A DNA stretch of 39,709 bases from contig JASFFM010000002.1 of assembly GCA_050124295.1 (NCBI GenBank), positions 1-39,709 on the forward strand. Reading direction: 5' to 3'. Origin of the DNA: Desulfobacterales bacterium. GTDB lineage: Bacteria > Desulfobacterota > Desulfobacteria > Desulfobacterales > UBA5852. The notes under the pieces are model-generated. The model made no database searches. It worked only from the letters and a program-made list of their open reading frames with translations, and was not told where the DNA came from. Shown in pieces: positions 26,310 through 36,300 of this stretch; position 1 is the stretch's first letter, and each line of letters starts with the position of its first letter. The translations under genes and the position numbers were made by a program.

Positions 26310-27179
26310 TCATGACATGGTCAACAAATAGCTTCGCAGGTTGACCCGGCGGTTCTGCAACCCGAATTTGACCCGCAGATTCTTGCGGTGAAAATTCACC
26401 GTAGCCTCGGAAATGTTGAGAACCTGGGCGATTTCTTTGCTGCTCTGGCCATCTTTGATCAGGGTCGCGATCTGCATCTCCTGGGGGGTCAGGATAATGT
26501 CGGCATTGGCAATATTCTGCAGCAGCGGTGAAATGATGTCTTGCAGGTGCGTATCGACAATTTGCACGAGCGTCTGGTCGCGCGGCCGCAAGCGGGCCTG
26601 CTTCAGTTTCTCGAGATAGGGCAGCACCAGGCCCTTGACGTTGGAGAGGACTTTGCGCTCCAGTGCCTGTCGGTCCCGATCCCGCTGTTCGAGCAGCACC
26701 TTGAGGGCAATATTGGATTCTTCTAAACTCTGGGCCTGATCGTTGAGGGCCTTGCGACTTTGCCGCAAAGCCTCCTCGGTGAGCTTTAGGGCCGTAATGT
26801 CTTCATGGCTGACAACGATCCGAAAGGGGGTTTCCCCCGACGTGCGAACCGCTCGCATGTAGTACCAGTGTTTGCCGGAAGGCGCATGACAAGGATAATC
26901 ATAAAGAAATTCATCCACCTCGCCTTCGATCACCTGACGAATGCCTTTGGCCACATTGTGGGCATCGCGCGCCCCGGGCCCTTCGGCCGCATCGCAAAGC
27001 AACAGATAGTTGGTGCCGATGGAATGATCGGCGTCGCTGGCGTCATTCTCGGCGGCATAACGCCGCCAGGCCTTGTTTGTCTCCAGGATAACACCGTCCG
27101 TATCCAAAATGGCGATATGGGCCGACAGTGCATTGAGGATGGTGGTCGCCAGTGGCTCCATGGCTTTGCGTTTGGGCAT
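26310..27179 (-). CDS. PAS-domain LuxR-type (HTH) transcriptional regulator
   Basis: PAS-like N-terminus (ILDTDGVILETNKAW...WYYMRAV...SHEDIT), a coiled coil, and a C-terminal LTPQEMQIATLIKDGQSSKEIAQVLNISEATVNFHRKNLRVK. The start at 27179 has AAGGAGGA 7 nt upstream. Confidence 0.85.
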   Translation of the reverse strand: MPKRKAMEPLATTILNALSAHIAILDTDGVILETNKAWRRYAAENDASDADHSIGTNYLLLCDAAEGPGARDAHNVAKGIRQVIEGEVDEFLYDYPCHAPSGKHWYYMRAVRTSGETPFRIVVSHEDITALKLTEEALRQSRKALNDQAQSLEESNIALKVLLEQRDRDRQALERKVLSNVKGLVLPYLEKLKQARLRPRDQTLVQIVDTHLQDIISPLLQNIANADIILTPQEMQIATLIKDGQSSKEIAQVLNISEATVNFHRKNLRVKFGLQNRRVNLRSYLLTMS

Positions 27180-27394
27180 CGCGAAGTCCTCCTTGGGGCG
27201 TAAACTACCCCCGAAAGCCCATAAGTCAATACCGATTGTCCCTGCCCCAGGGACATCACGAGAGAGCGGCGCTGACGATCGGCCTGGTGACAAAGAAGAA
27301 TTGCGCCTTATGCTTTATTGGTAATAGGATTCGGTATCGATAGTATGGTGCCCTGTTTCCCATCTTTTACCCCCTCTGACAATGAAAGGACCAA

Positions 27395-27841
27395 ATGATG
27401 AAAAAAGTACTGGTGGGCTATGTCAGTCGAACGGGTAATACCGCCCATATGGCAGAATTTATCGCCGAAGGCATCCGCTTCAGCGGCCACGAAGTGTCCG
27501 TCCAAAAAATCGCCGACCTTCAATCTGAAGCCGATTTGGCGGGATTCGACGGTTATGTGTTCGGATGCCCGACGTACCACCGGGACCTGGTTGGAAGCAT
27601 GAAAACATTTCTCTTTGTGGCGCAGAAGCAAAACCTGGTCGGAAAAATCGGCGGCGCCTTCGGGTCTTACACCCACAGCGGCGAATCGGCCCAAATGATC
27701 TTTGAAACCATGCAGCATGTCTACAAAATGGACATGGTGGATCTGGGTGCCTTGAATATGAAAGAGCACACGGTGAAAACCGATGATGGCGCCCGGGCCT
27801 GCCAGGAGTACGGCAAAAACATCGGCCAGAAACTCAGCTAG
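27395..27841 (+). CDS. Short-chain flavodoxin
   Basis: VLVGYVSRTGNT FMN-phosphate loop and GCPTY; 148 aa. Confidence 0.85.
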   Translation: MMKKVLVGYVSRTGNTAHMAEFIAEGIRFSGHEVSVQKIADLQSEADLAGFDGYVFGCPTYHRDLVGSMKTFLFVAQKQNLVGKIGGAFGSYTHSGESAQMIFETMQHVYKMDMVDLGALNMKEHTVKTDDGARACQEYGKNIGQKLS

Positions 27842-28574
27842 TCGTCCATGTTGGCGGGCACGGCGTGTCAGTCGTCGTGCCCCGTGACCACCTTCCCCGA
27901 TCTTCGGTGACCCCTTAGCGGCGCTCCAAGCTAGCCTGGATAGGGTGACCTTTACGGGCCAATCGCGCCCTGAGGCCATATAAGGCCCGCCGCGGCAGGT
28001 GGTTGAGGCCCAATCAAGTCCCTCCACCGACCCCAGCGCCTTAAAACGCATCAAGCATCCGCACCTGGATACCGATCGACTTTAGCCCGGACATGTCCTG
28101 AAAATAGGGATGCCAATTGGTATGATTTGTCGAAACGAAAGCGCACGGGGCCTGGACGTGGTTTGCCCACACCGACAGTCCCGCCCGGCAGGCAGTTTTT
28201 TACCGTTGGTGTGCCCATTCGAAATGGCCATCATCGCTTTTTCGGCGTCGGGGCGATCGATTTGCGACCCGACGAATTTATGAGGATGGATCAGTTGGGC
28301 GCCAATTGGTCGCTGGAGACCCGGGCTTTTCTGGTTATTCCCGAATCCCATAATGCGAATGAGGCCCCGCGCCTGAAGATCATGGCCGCGGGAAACCGGG
28401 CCAGCCACGCTAAAGGCGGCCTTTTAAAAAAGGGCCGGATCCTACCTCGCTATCCCCGATGCCCATCAACGTCGGGCCTTGGCCCTTGCCATGCAAACCG
28501 CCGCGAGCGGCCACATGGCCCTGCGATAGGCGGGATCGCCTTCGCGCCTGGCCTTCGCGAGATTCAAGCCACCG

Positions 28575-29348
28575 GTGGATGAAGCCCTGCGCTCGTGTCA
28601 ATTGTCCCCCCAAACCGCAGTAGTGTCCCTCTCCGAGCGGGTTGGCGAAAACGTTCGCGAGCAAACCCATCCTATTGACCGCGTGACCGGCCGCATCGCC
28701 GCTCTGCTTCTGACCCTGGTGTTTCGCGTGGGATGGATCGGCGCGCAGACCCCACCCCGCCCCCTATGCCTCATGGTCCAAGCCTGGGAGAGACTATCGA
28801 CCGGCGATTTCAGCGTTCGTCTAAACCACCCCAACGGGGAGGAGCAGGACACCCTGATCGAAGCGTTTAATCATATCGTGCCGCGGCTCGAGGCCCACCG
28901 GCATCTGAGCCTGTCCATGGCATTGGCGCAGCAAATCCAACGCAATCTGCTGCCCTCCAGGTCACCTGCATGACCAGGGCCGGAGCTGGCCGGGGACAGC
29001 CACTGCTGCGATGCGACCGGCGGAGATTTTGATGATCTGTTTAAAACTGGCGCTCCCGGGGGGCAATGTTTTGCCGTGCTTGTGGGGGATGTTTCCGGGC
29101 ACGGGGCGGGCTCGGCGCTTCTGATGACCACCGCTCGGGCCATGGTCTACGATCCGCCAAAGGATCGCTTTAGGGCGCTGTCGGGCGAGGGCATGGCGCT
29201 GGGCATCGAAGAGGGGGATGCCTTGCGCGCCCCGCATCGCCGCCATGGGAGAACCGGGGCAAAGGATGCCGTCTTTAATGCCGCTTCCGGTTTTACCGGG
29301 CCGGGCCAGGACGACGCCATTACCCTGGCCGTAATCGAGCTGCTCTGA
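28575..29348 (+). pseudogene. Decayed paralogue of the HAMP-PP2C phosphatase gene
   Basis: One frame reads TM-HAMP-like (LSTGDFSVRL...IEAFNHIVPRL), then an in-frame TGA (28971-28973), then ELAGDSHCCDATGGDFDDLF...VLVGDVSGHGAGSALLM...GEGMALGIEEG...DDAITLAVIEL. This is collinear with 23144..24802 but lacks about 55 aa after the GHG motif and the GTDG metal site. Confidence 0.6.
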
Positions 29349-29355
29349 TCGTGTC

Positions 29356-29916
29356 TCAAGCCCAGCCAAACCATTTTTTTAGCAGCGACGCGTATCTCGC
29401 CCCGACCGTATCCGGATGCTTCCCAAGCGCAGGGTCTGCCTGGGGCCACCATTCCAGGCCTTGAAACCGGCAGGGCAGATGCTTTTCGAGGAAAGGAACA
29501 AGATCCTGTTCCAGAATGGTTTTTTTCTGGCCCATGGGGGATCGGAAAGCGATCTGAAACTCTATCACCAACCAGTGCTCGATGCCGTCAACACATGCCA
29601 GACAGGCCGGCGTAAAACGCTCCAGGCGGTTTCCGAACAGCGCACTCAGCTTCGGCTCCTGGACTGAAGCGAAGCGCTCCTGCAAGAGATCTTTGACGGA
29701 TGGATCCGCTTCCGCATCGATAATGAAGGTGAGCACCAATTCTTCCCCCCGATAGGCACGGGGCTTTTCAGAGACCTTCATGAGACCCGCGATCGGGGGG
29801 CCATTGTCCACGGGCAGTGAAAAACCTGCAAAAGCAATCATACCCTCACGCGATTTTACGGCTTTAATGGCTGCGGTGGCATCGAAGATCGCGGACGCCG
29901 CTCGTTTGTCCCGCAT
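29356..29916 (-). CDS. Hypothetical protein (186 aa)
   Basis: ORF 29356..30048. Start placed at MRDKRAASAIF (ATG 29916), which has GGGAGA upstream. No family recognised. Confidence 0.5.
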   Translation of the reverse strand: MRDKRAASAIFDATAAIKAVKSREGMIAFAGFSLPVDNGPPIAGLMKVSEKPRAYRGEELVLTFIIDAEADPSVKDLLQERFASVQEPKLSALFGNRLERFTPACLACVDGIEHWLVIEFQIAFRSPMGQKKTILEQDLVPFLEKHLPCRFQGLEWWPQADPALGKHPDTVGARYASLLKKWFGWA

Positions 29917-30394
29917 GGCGGTCTCCCTATTTAGTTGAAAAGCACTCTGTGCCCGTGCGGGCCCCATCGATGGCAATGATGCGCCCGCCTTTCGTGCAGG
30001 TTGGTGGCGGAGCGTTTTGCCAATTAGCATTAACAGTAGAACATCCAAACCGTCCTGACAATCCGCCGGGATCGATCAGGATCCATCGATCGCGCCACTT
30101 TCCCCGGCATTATCCGGTTTTGATCGTGGTCATCGCGTCCTTGGCATGACTTCGCCCGAATACCGCGGGGGTGTAAGGGTGATCGAAGAAATGCGGTATC
30201 CTCGTCCACCGCTGCGGTTGGCAGGGGGGCAAGATCGTTTCCCGCGCGGGGCTTTAGCGCCTTGCCGGCGGCGGCAGGCCACCCGTTTGCCATGCCCACC
30301 ATGCGATCACGACCGGCGCGCATCCAATGGCCCGGCTCTGGGTCATGTTCGGCCTTTTGGCGCCCAGTCCCAATAAAAAAGCTCGCCGGATCAC

Positions 30395-30420
30395 AAAAAA
30401 AAGCAGGGCTAATGCCCTGC
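30395..30420 (-). terminator. Rho-independent terminator
   Basis: On the minus strand, GCAGGGC-ATTA-GCCCTGC is followed directly by T8. It lies 38 nt downstream of the PEP-CTERM ORF stop. Confidence 0.8.
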
Positions 30421-30457
30421 CTTAACTGACAACCTGCGGTGACGGTGGAGAGAATTT

Positions 30458-30712
30458 TTAGGGTTTCAATTTCCTGCGGCCCAAGCGCGCCAAACCGGCC
30501 ATGCCGATACCCAGCAACAGGATCGTCGACGGTTCGGGGACCGGTGTGCTGTACCCGGCCACAGCATCATCATTTCGGGAACTCAAAGCACCGATAAAGC
30601 CAATGCCTTGGACCCTATCATTGATACCAAGTGAATAAGCGCCGGCAAGGGGGCCTTCGCCGCCGATCGCCGCGAGCAGGGAGGCTTCGAATGATCCAAA
30701 GCCACCGTCCAA
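30458..30712 (-). CDS. PEP-CTERM sorting-signal-bearing fragment with no signal peptide; probably a gene remnant
   Basis: C-terminus VPEPSTILLLGIGMAGLARLGRRKLKP is a textbook PEP-CTERM (PEP, TM helix, basic tail). The frame is open only back to 30799 and contains no ATG or GTG; the track start is TTG. Confidence 0.55.
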   Translation of the reverse strand: MDGGFGSFEASLLAAIGGEGPLAGAYSLGINDRVQGIGFIGALSSRNDDAVAGYSTPVPEPSTILLLGIGMAGLARLGRRKLKP

Positions 30713-30895
30713 CAGCCCATCGCTGAAGTCACTATCGTAGGCATCGTAGCCTTTTTCTCGGTATTTGGCATTGGCCGGCCCTTCATACCGGAGGTCGACT
30801 TGTCAATGGTCACAAACGTCCTATTATTTAGAGCGTCGGCAAAACAAACGCCCAATCTGACCATCCATTACAAAATCAAGGCTTTGGGAGGAACC

Positions 30896-31384
30896 ATGAG
30901 ATCATTATTGGATCGACCCCCGACGTGGGTTGTGCTGGCTCTGCTGTTGATGCTCATCCAACCGGTTGTCGCGCCGGCGGAGGGTCCTCAGGACATGGGC
31001 GGATGGGAGCTGGACGCCCCTTACAACCAGCTCTATGACGCCCGCGAACTGGATTCTTTCAAGGGGTATGTAAAACAGGTTTTTACTGTCATCCCCATGC
31101 CGGGCATGGCACCGGCAACCGCCATTCTGGTGGAAGAAGCCAAAGATAGTGTCAACCTGGTCCATATCTGTCCGGAATGGTTTGCCGGGCCGCAGGATAT
31201 TGGTGTCCGACGCGGTGACCGCGTAAATGTAAAGGGAGTATGGGCCGAAATCGACGGCGAATTCGTGTTTATGGCCTCCAAGGTCAAAAAAGGGGATTTT
31301 TTTGAATTCAAAGTGAGGGTCACCAGCGATGGAACGCCCTTCTGGACCCTGTCCGCCGAGGAACGCGAAAAACACCGCAACTGA
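30896..31384 (+). CDS. Secreted hypothetical protein
   Basis: ORF 30800..31384. The internal start MRSLLDRPPTWVVLALLLMLIQPVVAPAEG has a signal-peptide shape, with GGGAGGA upstream of ATG 30896. The beta-rich body contains GPxWF...GDRVNVKG. Confidence 0.65.
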   Translation: MRSLLDRPPTWVVLALLLMLIQPVVAPAEGPQDMGGWELDAPYNQLYDARELDSFKGYVKQVFTVIPMPGMAPATAILVEEAKDSVNLVHICPEWFAGPQDIGVRRGDRVNVKGVWAEIDGEFVFMASKVKKGDFFEFKVRVTSDGTPFWTLSAEEREKHRN

Positions 31385-31648
31385 CGCCCAACCAAACGTC
31401 AATCGGCAGCTGATCAGCAACCGATCTTGGGCCAGACCAGAGACGCATCTGCCAAAATAGACCGTTCCAAAATGGCATATCGCTAATAACCTATTGCGAT
31501 CTATGTTAATTTGGTTCGTACTGTTCCAATTTGGGACATCCCCTTTTCCCCGCCAACCCGCTCAACACGCTGGACACCCTGCCGTTAAAGCTACACAACT
31601 ATTTGTAATTAAATATGATTTGGCCATGACCCCGCATGCCGTGCGAAC

Positions 31649-31664
31649 TGGCATAATGGTTGCT
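31649..31664 (+). promoter_or_regulatory. Sigma-54 (-24/-12) promoter candidate upstream of hdrC
   Basis: TGGCAT-AATGG-TTGCT matches TGGCAY-N5-TTGCW exactly and lies 183 nt upstream of the hdrC ATG. It shares the extended TTGCTCTC with the 22261 site. Confidence 0.5.
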
Positions 31665-31846
31665 CTCTGGGCCTGGCAGGTCGTCTTTGCGCTGCGTCGT
31701 CAGCCATTGTCAACGGCCGTCGGCATTTGTCGGCATCACTGAACATGATTACCGGCATACTCCTTGATTGTTCAGTGTTCGTTTTCACATGAGGGCATCG
31801 ACCGCGCAGATCGTCCTCGTATCCCGAACCGGGGGAGGAACAATTC

Positions 31847-32467
31847 ATGGCCGCACCCGCTATCGACGTCAATCCCGTTCAAACGCAACCCTTTCTCCAA
31901 CAGGTAATGGAACGTTCCGGTCAAAACCTGAGCGCATGCTATCAATGCCGCCGCTGTGCGGCAGGGTGCAGTGTGGGCGACGAGACCAACTACTTTACCC
32001 CCAACCTGCTCATCCGGATGGTGGTCCTGGGCGACCGCGAACGAGCTTTGAACAACGAACTGGTTTGGAAATGCGTCTCCTGCTTCACCTGCGGTACCCG
32101 CTGTCCGAACGACATCCAGAGCGCCCGCATTACGGAAACATTGAAAAAAATGGCCAAGGAGGCGCACCAGCAGCCCTTGTATCCGAAGGTGGCCGATTTT
32201 CACGATGCCTTTGTTCGATCCGGCATCCGCTGGGGCCGTGTGAACGAAATGGAATTCATGGGGGCTTACGAAATGAAGTACGCCCTGCGCAAGATCTCGG
32301 CCGGCGAATTCGGCGCCGTTGTGAACGAATTCAAAACCCAGGGCCGTCTGGCCATGAAGATGGCCCGCCTGCGGCGCATGCATTTCGGTTTTTTGATGGC
32401 CAGGGGCCGCAGGGAAATCAAAGCCCTGGAGCGCAAAGGGAAAAAACGTGCCGCCCATAACGCATAG
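31847..32467 (+). CDS. hdrC: Heterodisulfide-reductase subunit C-like 2x[4Fe-4S] protein
   Basis: CYQCRRCAAGCSV and CVSCFTCGTRCPNDI cluster motifs. GGAGGA lies 7 nt upstream. Confidence 0.85.
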   Translation: MAAPAIDVNPVQTQPFLQQVMERSGQNLSACYQCRRCAAGCSVGDETNYFTPNLLIRMVVLGDRERALNNELVWKCVSCFTCGTRCPNDIQSARITETLKKMAKEAHQQPLYPKVADFHDAFVRSGIRWGRVNEMEFMGAYEMKYALRKISAGEFGAVVNEFKTQGRLAMKMARLRRMHFGFLMARGRREIKALERKGKKRAAHNA

Positions 32468-32482
32468 AGGAGAAGAGGTATC

Positions 32483-33373
32483 ATGCAACTAGCCTACTAT
32501 CCCGGATGTTCTCTGCAGCAGTCGTCAGCCCTCTACGACATCCAGAGCCGGCGCATTTTTTCCGAGCTGGGCGCGGAACTCGTCGAAATCGATGACTGGA
32601 ACTGCTGCGGTGCCACGTCGGCGGGCAAGGTGGACGATTTCATGGCCATCGCCATGCCGGCACGCAACATCGGCATCGCCCAAAAAGCCGGCTTTACCGA
32701 AATGGTCATCCCGTGCTCAGCCTGCTATTCGCGAACGCTGGTGGCCCAAAAGCGTCTGGAAGACGACGCCGGCCTGAAAGCGGAGATCAACGCCGAGCTT
32801 GGCGCCAAGGTCGGCGGCGCGCTCAAGGTCTCCTCCATTCTGGAAGCCCTGGAAGATCGTATCAGCGCCGGGGCGCTCAAGGAGCGCGTGGTTCACAAGA
32901 TGACAGGGCTGCGGCCGGTATGTTACTACGGGTGCATGCAAACCCGCTTTCCGTATGCCGTTCCGGTGCCCGACGATGTGGAGAATCCCCAGGGGATGGA
33001 ACGGGTTTTGAAAGCCTTGAAAATCAAGGCCGTGGACTGGAACTACAAAACGGCCTGTTGCGGCGCCTCAGCCACGGTGAACGACCCGGAAACGGCCCAC
33101 AACCTGATGGCCCGCATAATGAAGGATGCCGTATCCCGCGGCGCCAACTGTTTCGTGACGATCTGTCCCATGTGCCAAATGAACCTCGATGCCCAGCAGG
33201 ATGCCTTCTGCCAGAAAAACGACATCGCAGCGCGCCTGCCGGTATATTTTATCACCGAAGTCATCGGGGCCGCCATGGACATACCGCCGGAGGAACTGCA
33301 GACCGACCGGCACTTCGTTGACGGCACAACACTCTTGAAGGAGTTGGAACAACATGAAGAAAAAGGGAAATAG
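32483..33373 (+). CDS. hdrB: Heterodisulfide-reductase subunit B-like (two CCG domains)
   Basis: YYPGCSL...NCCGA and YYGCMQ...ACCGAS...CPMCQ, which is the duplicated CCG-domain pattern. Confidence 0.85.
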   Translation: MQLAYYPGCSLQQSSALYDIQSRRIFSELGAELVEIDDWNCCGATSAGKVDDFMAIAMPARNIGIAQKAGFTEMVIPCSACYSRTLVAQKRLEDDAGLKAEINAELGAKVGGALKVSSILEALEDRISAGALKERVVHKMTGLRPVCYYGCMQTRFPYAVPVPDDVENPQGMERVLKALKIKAVDWNYKTACCGASATVNDPETAHNLMARIMKDAVSRGANCFVTICPMCQMNLDAQQDAFCQKNDIAARLPVYFITEVIGAAMDIPPEELQTDRHFVDGTTLLKELEQHEEKGK

Positions 33374-36300
33374 CACCAAACGCGGATCGGTTTTGATTGC
33401 CGGAGGCGGTATTGGCGGGATGCAGGCCGCGCTCGATCTGGCGGACAGCGGCTTTAAGGTCCACATGGTTCAAAAGGATCCGTCCATTGGCGGAACCATG
33501 TCCATGCTGGACAAAACATTTCCCACCGGCGATTGTTCCATGTGCATGATTTCTCCTAAAATGGTGGAAGTCGGACGCCACCCCAACATCGTGCTGCACA
33601 CCCTGGCCGAGGTTACCGGCGTGGATGGCGAACCGGGGGACTTCACCGTTACCGTGCACGAGCAGCCCCGCTACGTGGATGCCGAAAAATGCACCGGCTG
33701 CGGCGCTTGCGAGAAAAAATGCCCGAAACTGGTGGTCAGCGAGTTTGAGCAGGGCCTGAGCAAGCGCAAGGCCATCTATTCCCTGTTACCCCAGGCCGTG
33801 CCCAACACGCGGGTCATCGATCCGGTCAACTGCCTTTATCTGCAACGTGGCCGCTGCAAGGCCTGTGTGAAATTTTGTGATGCCGAGGCCATCAATTTCG
33901 ACGACACGGCCAAAGATTATCAACTCCAGGTGGGGGCCATTATTCTGAGCCCGGGGGCGGATCGCTACAATCCGCAGATACGACCCGAGCTGGGCTTCGG
34001 TCGCTGGCCCAATGTGGTCACATCGTTGCAGTTCGAGCGCATCCTGTCGGCATCCGGTCCCTTCGCCGGCGAGATCAAGCGTCCTTCCGACGAAAGACAT
34101 CCCCGCAAAGTGGCCTGGATCCAGTGCGTCGGCTCGCGGGACCCACACAACGCCAACCCCTGGTGCTCGTCGGTGTGTTGCATGTACGCCACCAAACAGG
34201 CCGTGATCGCCAAGGAACACGACAGCAGCATCCAGCCGACTGTATTCTACATGGAAATGCGCGCCTTCGGCAAAGACTTCGACAAATACGTCGATCGGGC
34301 CCAAACCCAATACGGTGTGGTTTATCGCCGCACGATGATCTCCGACGTCAAGGAAGACCCCGACACCGGCAGCCTGATTCTGCGATACGCCGCCGAAGAC
34401 GGCACCCTGATCGACGAAGTTTTCGATATGGTGGTGCTCTCCATCGGGTTTCAACCCCATGCCGATGCCGCCCAGTTCGCGCAGACTTTCGGGATCGAAC
34501 CCAACACCCACGGCTTCGCCCAGACCAGCGCCTTCGGCCCGGTGGAAACCACGCGTCCGGGGGTCTACGTCACCGGCATCTATCAAGGTCCCAAAGACAT
34601 TCCCGAAACGGTAGCCCAGGGCAGTGCCGTCGCCGGTCGCAGCATGGCCCTGCTGGGGGAGGCGCGTGGAACGGAAATCACCGTTCAGGAACTGCCGGAA
34701 GAAAAAGCCGTGGCGGGTGAAGACCCGCGCATCGGTGTCTTCGTCTGCCATTGCGGGATCAACATCAGCCAAACGGTGGACGTCAAAGGCCTGGCCGAAG
34801 AAATGCGCACCGTCCCGAACGTCACCTATTCCGACGATCTGATGTATGCCTGTGCGCCCGACGGCCAGGAGAAAATCAAAGAACTGATCGACGAACACAA
34901 ACTCAACCGGGTCATCGTGGCCTCCTGCACGCCCCGCACCCATGCCCCCCTGTTTCAGGACACCATTCGAGAAGTCGGGCTGAACAAATACTTGTTCGAG
35001 TTGGCCGATATTCGTGAGCAGTGTAGCTGGTGTCATATGGGGCAGAAGGAGATTGCCACCCGAAAAGCCACCGAAATCGTTAAAATGAACGTCGCCAAGG
35101 CCCGCCACCTGCAACCCGTGGAAACCGATTCGGTGCCGGTTACACCGGCGGCCATGATCATCGGCGGCGGTGTGGCGGGGATGACCTCCGCCATCGCTCT
35201 AGCCGACCAGGGCTTCGATATCCACCTGGTGGAAAAGAACGACCGTTTGGGCGGCCTGGCGGAGAACGTCTACCGCACCCTGGACGGCAGTGATGTCCAG
35301 GCCTTTGTCAAGGAAAAAATCGCCGTCGTGGAAAAGCATCCCAGGATCAATGTCCATCTGGGAACGGAGGTGGCAACCACCGGTGGATTTGTGGGGGGCT
35401 TCAAAACCACGCTGGCCGACGGTGAGAAATTTGACCATGGCGCCATTGTGGTCGCCTCCGGCGGTACCGAGTATGAACCGCAGGAGTATGGCTACCAGGA
35501 CAGCGACCGCGTCATCACCCAGCGCGAACTTGAGAAACAGATCGCCGAAGGGCTCGATCCGGGCCGGAAACACTACCTCATGATCCAATGTGTCGGATCC
35601 CGTGAGGAGCCCCTGAACTACTGTTCGCGGGTCTGCTGCCAGGACGCGATTAAAAACGCCATCGCCATCAAAGAGAAATCGCCTGCGGCCCAGGTCACGA
35701 TTCTCTACCGTGATATCCGCACCTACGGCCTGCGGGAGGACTACTACCAGAAAGCCCGGGAGATGGGCGTCCTCTTCGTCCGCTTTGAACCGGAAAACAA
35801 ACCCCAGGTGGATGCCAGCAGTGAACGGATAACGGTATCGGCCTTCGACTATGTCATGAATCAGGACATCCGCCTCTTCCCGGATGTGGTCGTCCTTTCG
35901 ACCGGGCTGCGCCCCCATCCTTCGACCGAGAAGATCGGCAAGCAATACAAGCTCACCCGCAACCCGGATGGGTTTTTTCTGGAAGCCCACGTCAAACTGC
36001 GGCCGGTGGATTTCCCCAGTGAAGGGTTCTATGTGGCCGGTCTGGCGCATGCGCCTAAAAATCTGGATGAAACCATCAGCCAGGCCCTGGCCGCCGCCGG
36101 GCGAGCGGGTGTGCTGCTATCCCACGACCGGCTGAGCGTCTCGGGCATCATCTCCAAACACAACCGGGATATCTGCATGTCGTGTCTGGCCTGCGTCCGG
36201 GTCTGTCCCTTCGGTTCACCCTTCATCGACGAGGATGGCAAGGTGAGCCACAACGAAGTCATTTGCACCGGCTGCGGCATCTGCGCGGGCATCTGCCCGG

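Noticed and set aside
27308-28054. 248-aa minus-strand ORF.
   Set aside because: Most of it is antisense to the well-supported flavodoxin gene (27395..27841). It shows no recognisable domain and no plausible Shine-Dalgarno.
28971-28973. In-frame TGA inside the PP2C-like remnant, considered as a possible selenocysteine codon.
   Set aside because: It falls in a non-conserved linker that aligns with ordinary residues (not Cys) in the intact paralogue. The same locus has large internal deletions, so a nonsense mutation in a pseudogene is the simpler reading.
33786-36050. Long minus-strand ORFs (33786..35114, 442 aa; 35199..36050, 283 aa) inside hdrA. Similar antisense ORFs are 31772..32488, 36910..37620 and 37580..38449.
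   Set aside because: They are antisense to genes with unmistakable HdrA/HdrC/MetV/MetF motifs. Their products are low-complexity (G/A/R/H/V-rich) with no recognisable domains. Such stop-free antisense frames are expected in DNA of about 60% G+C.
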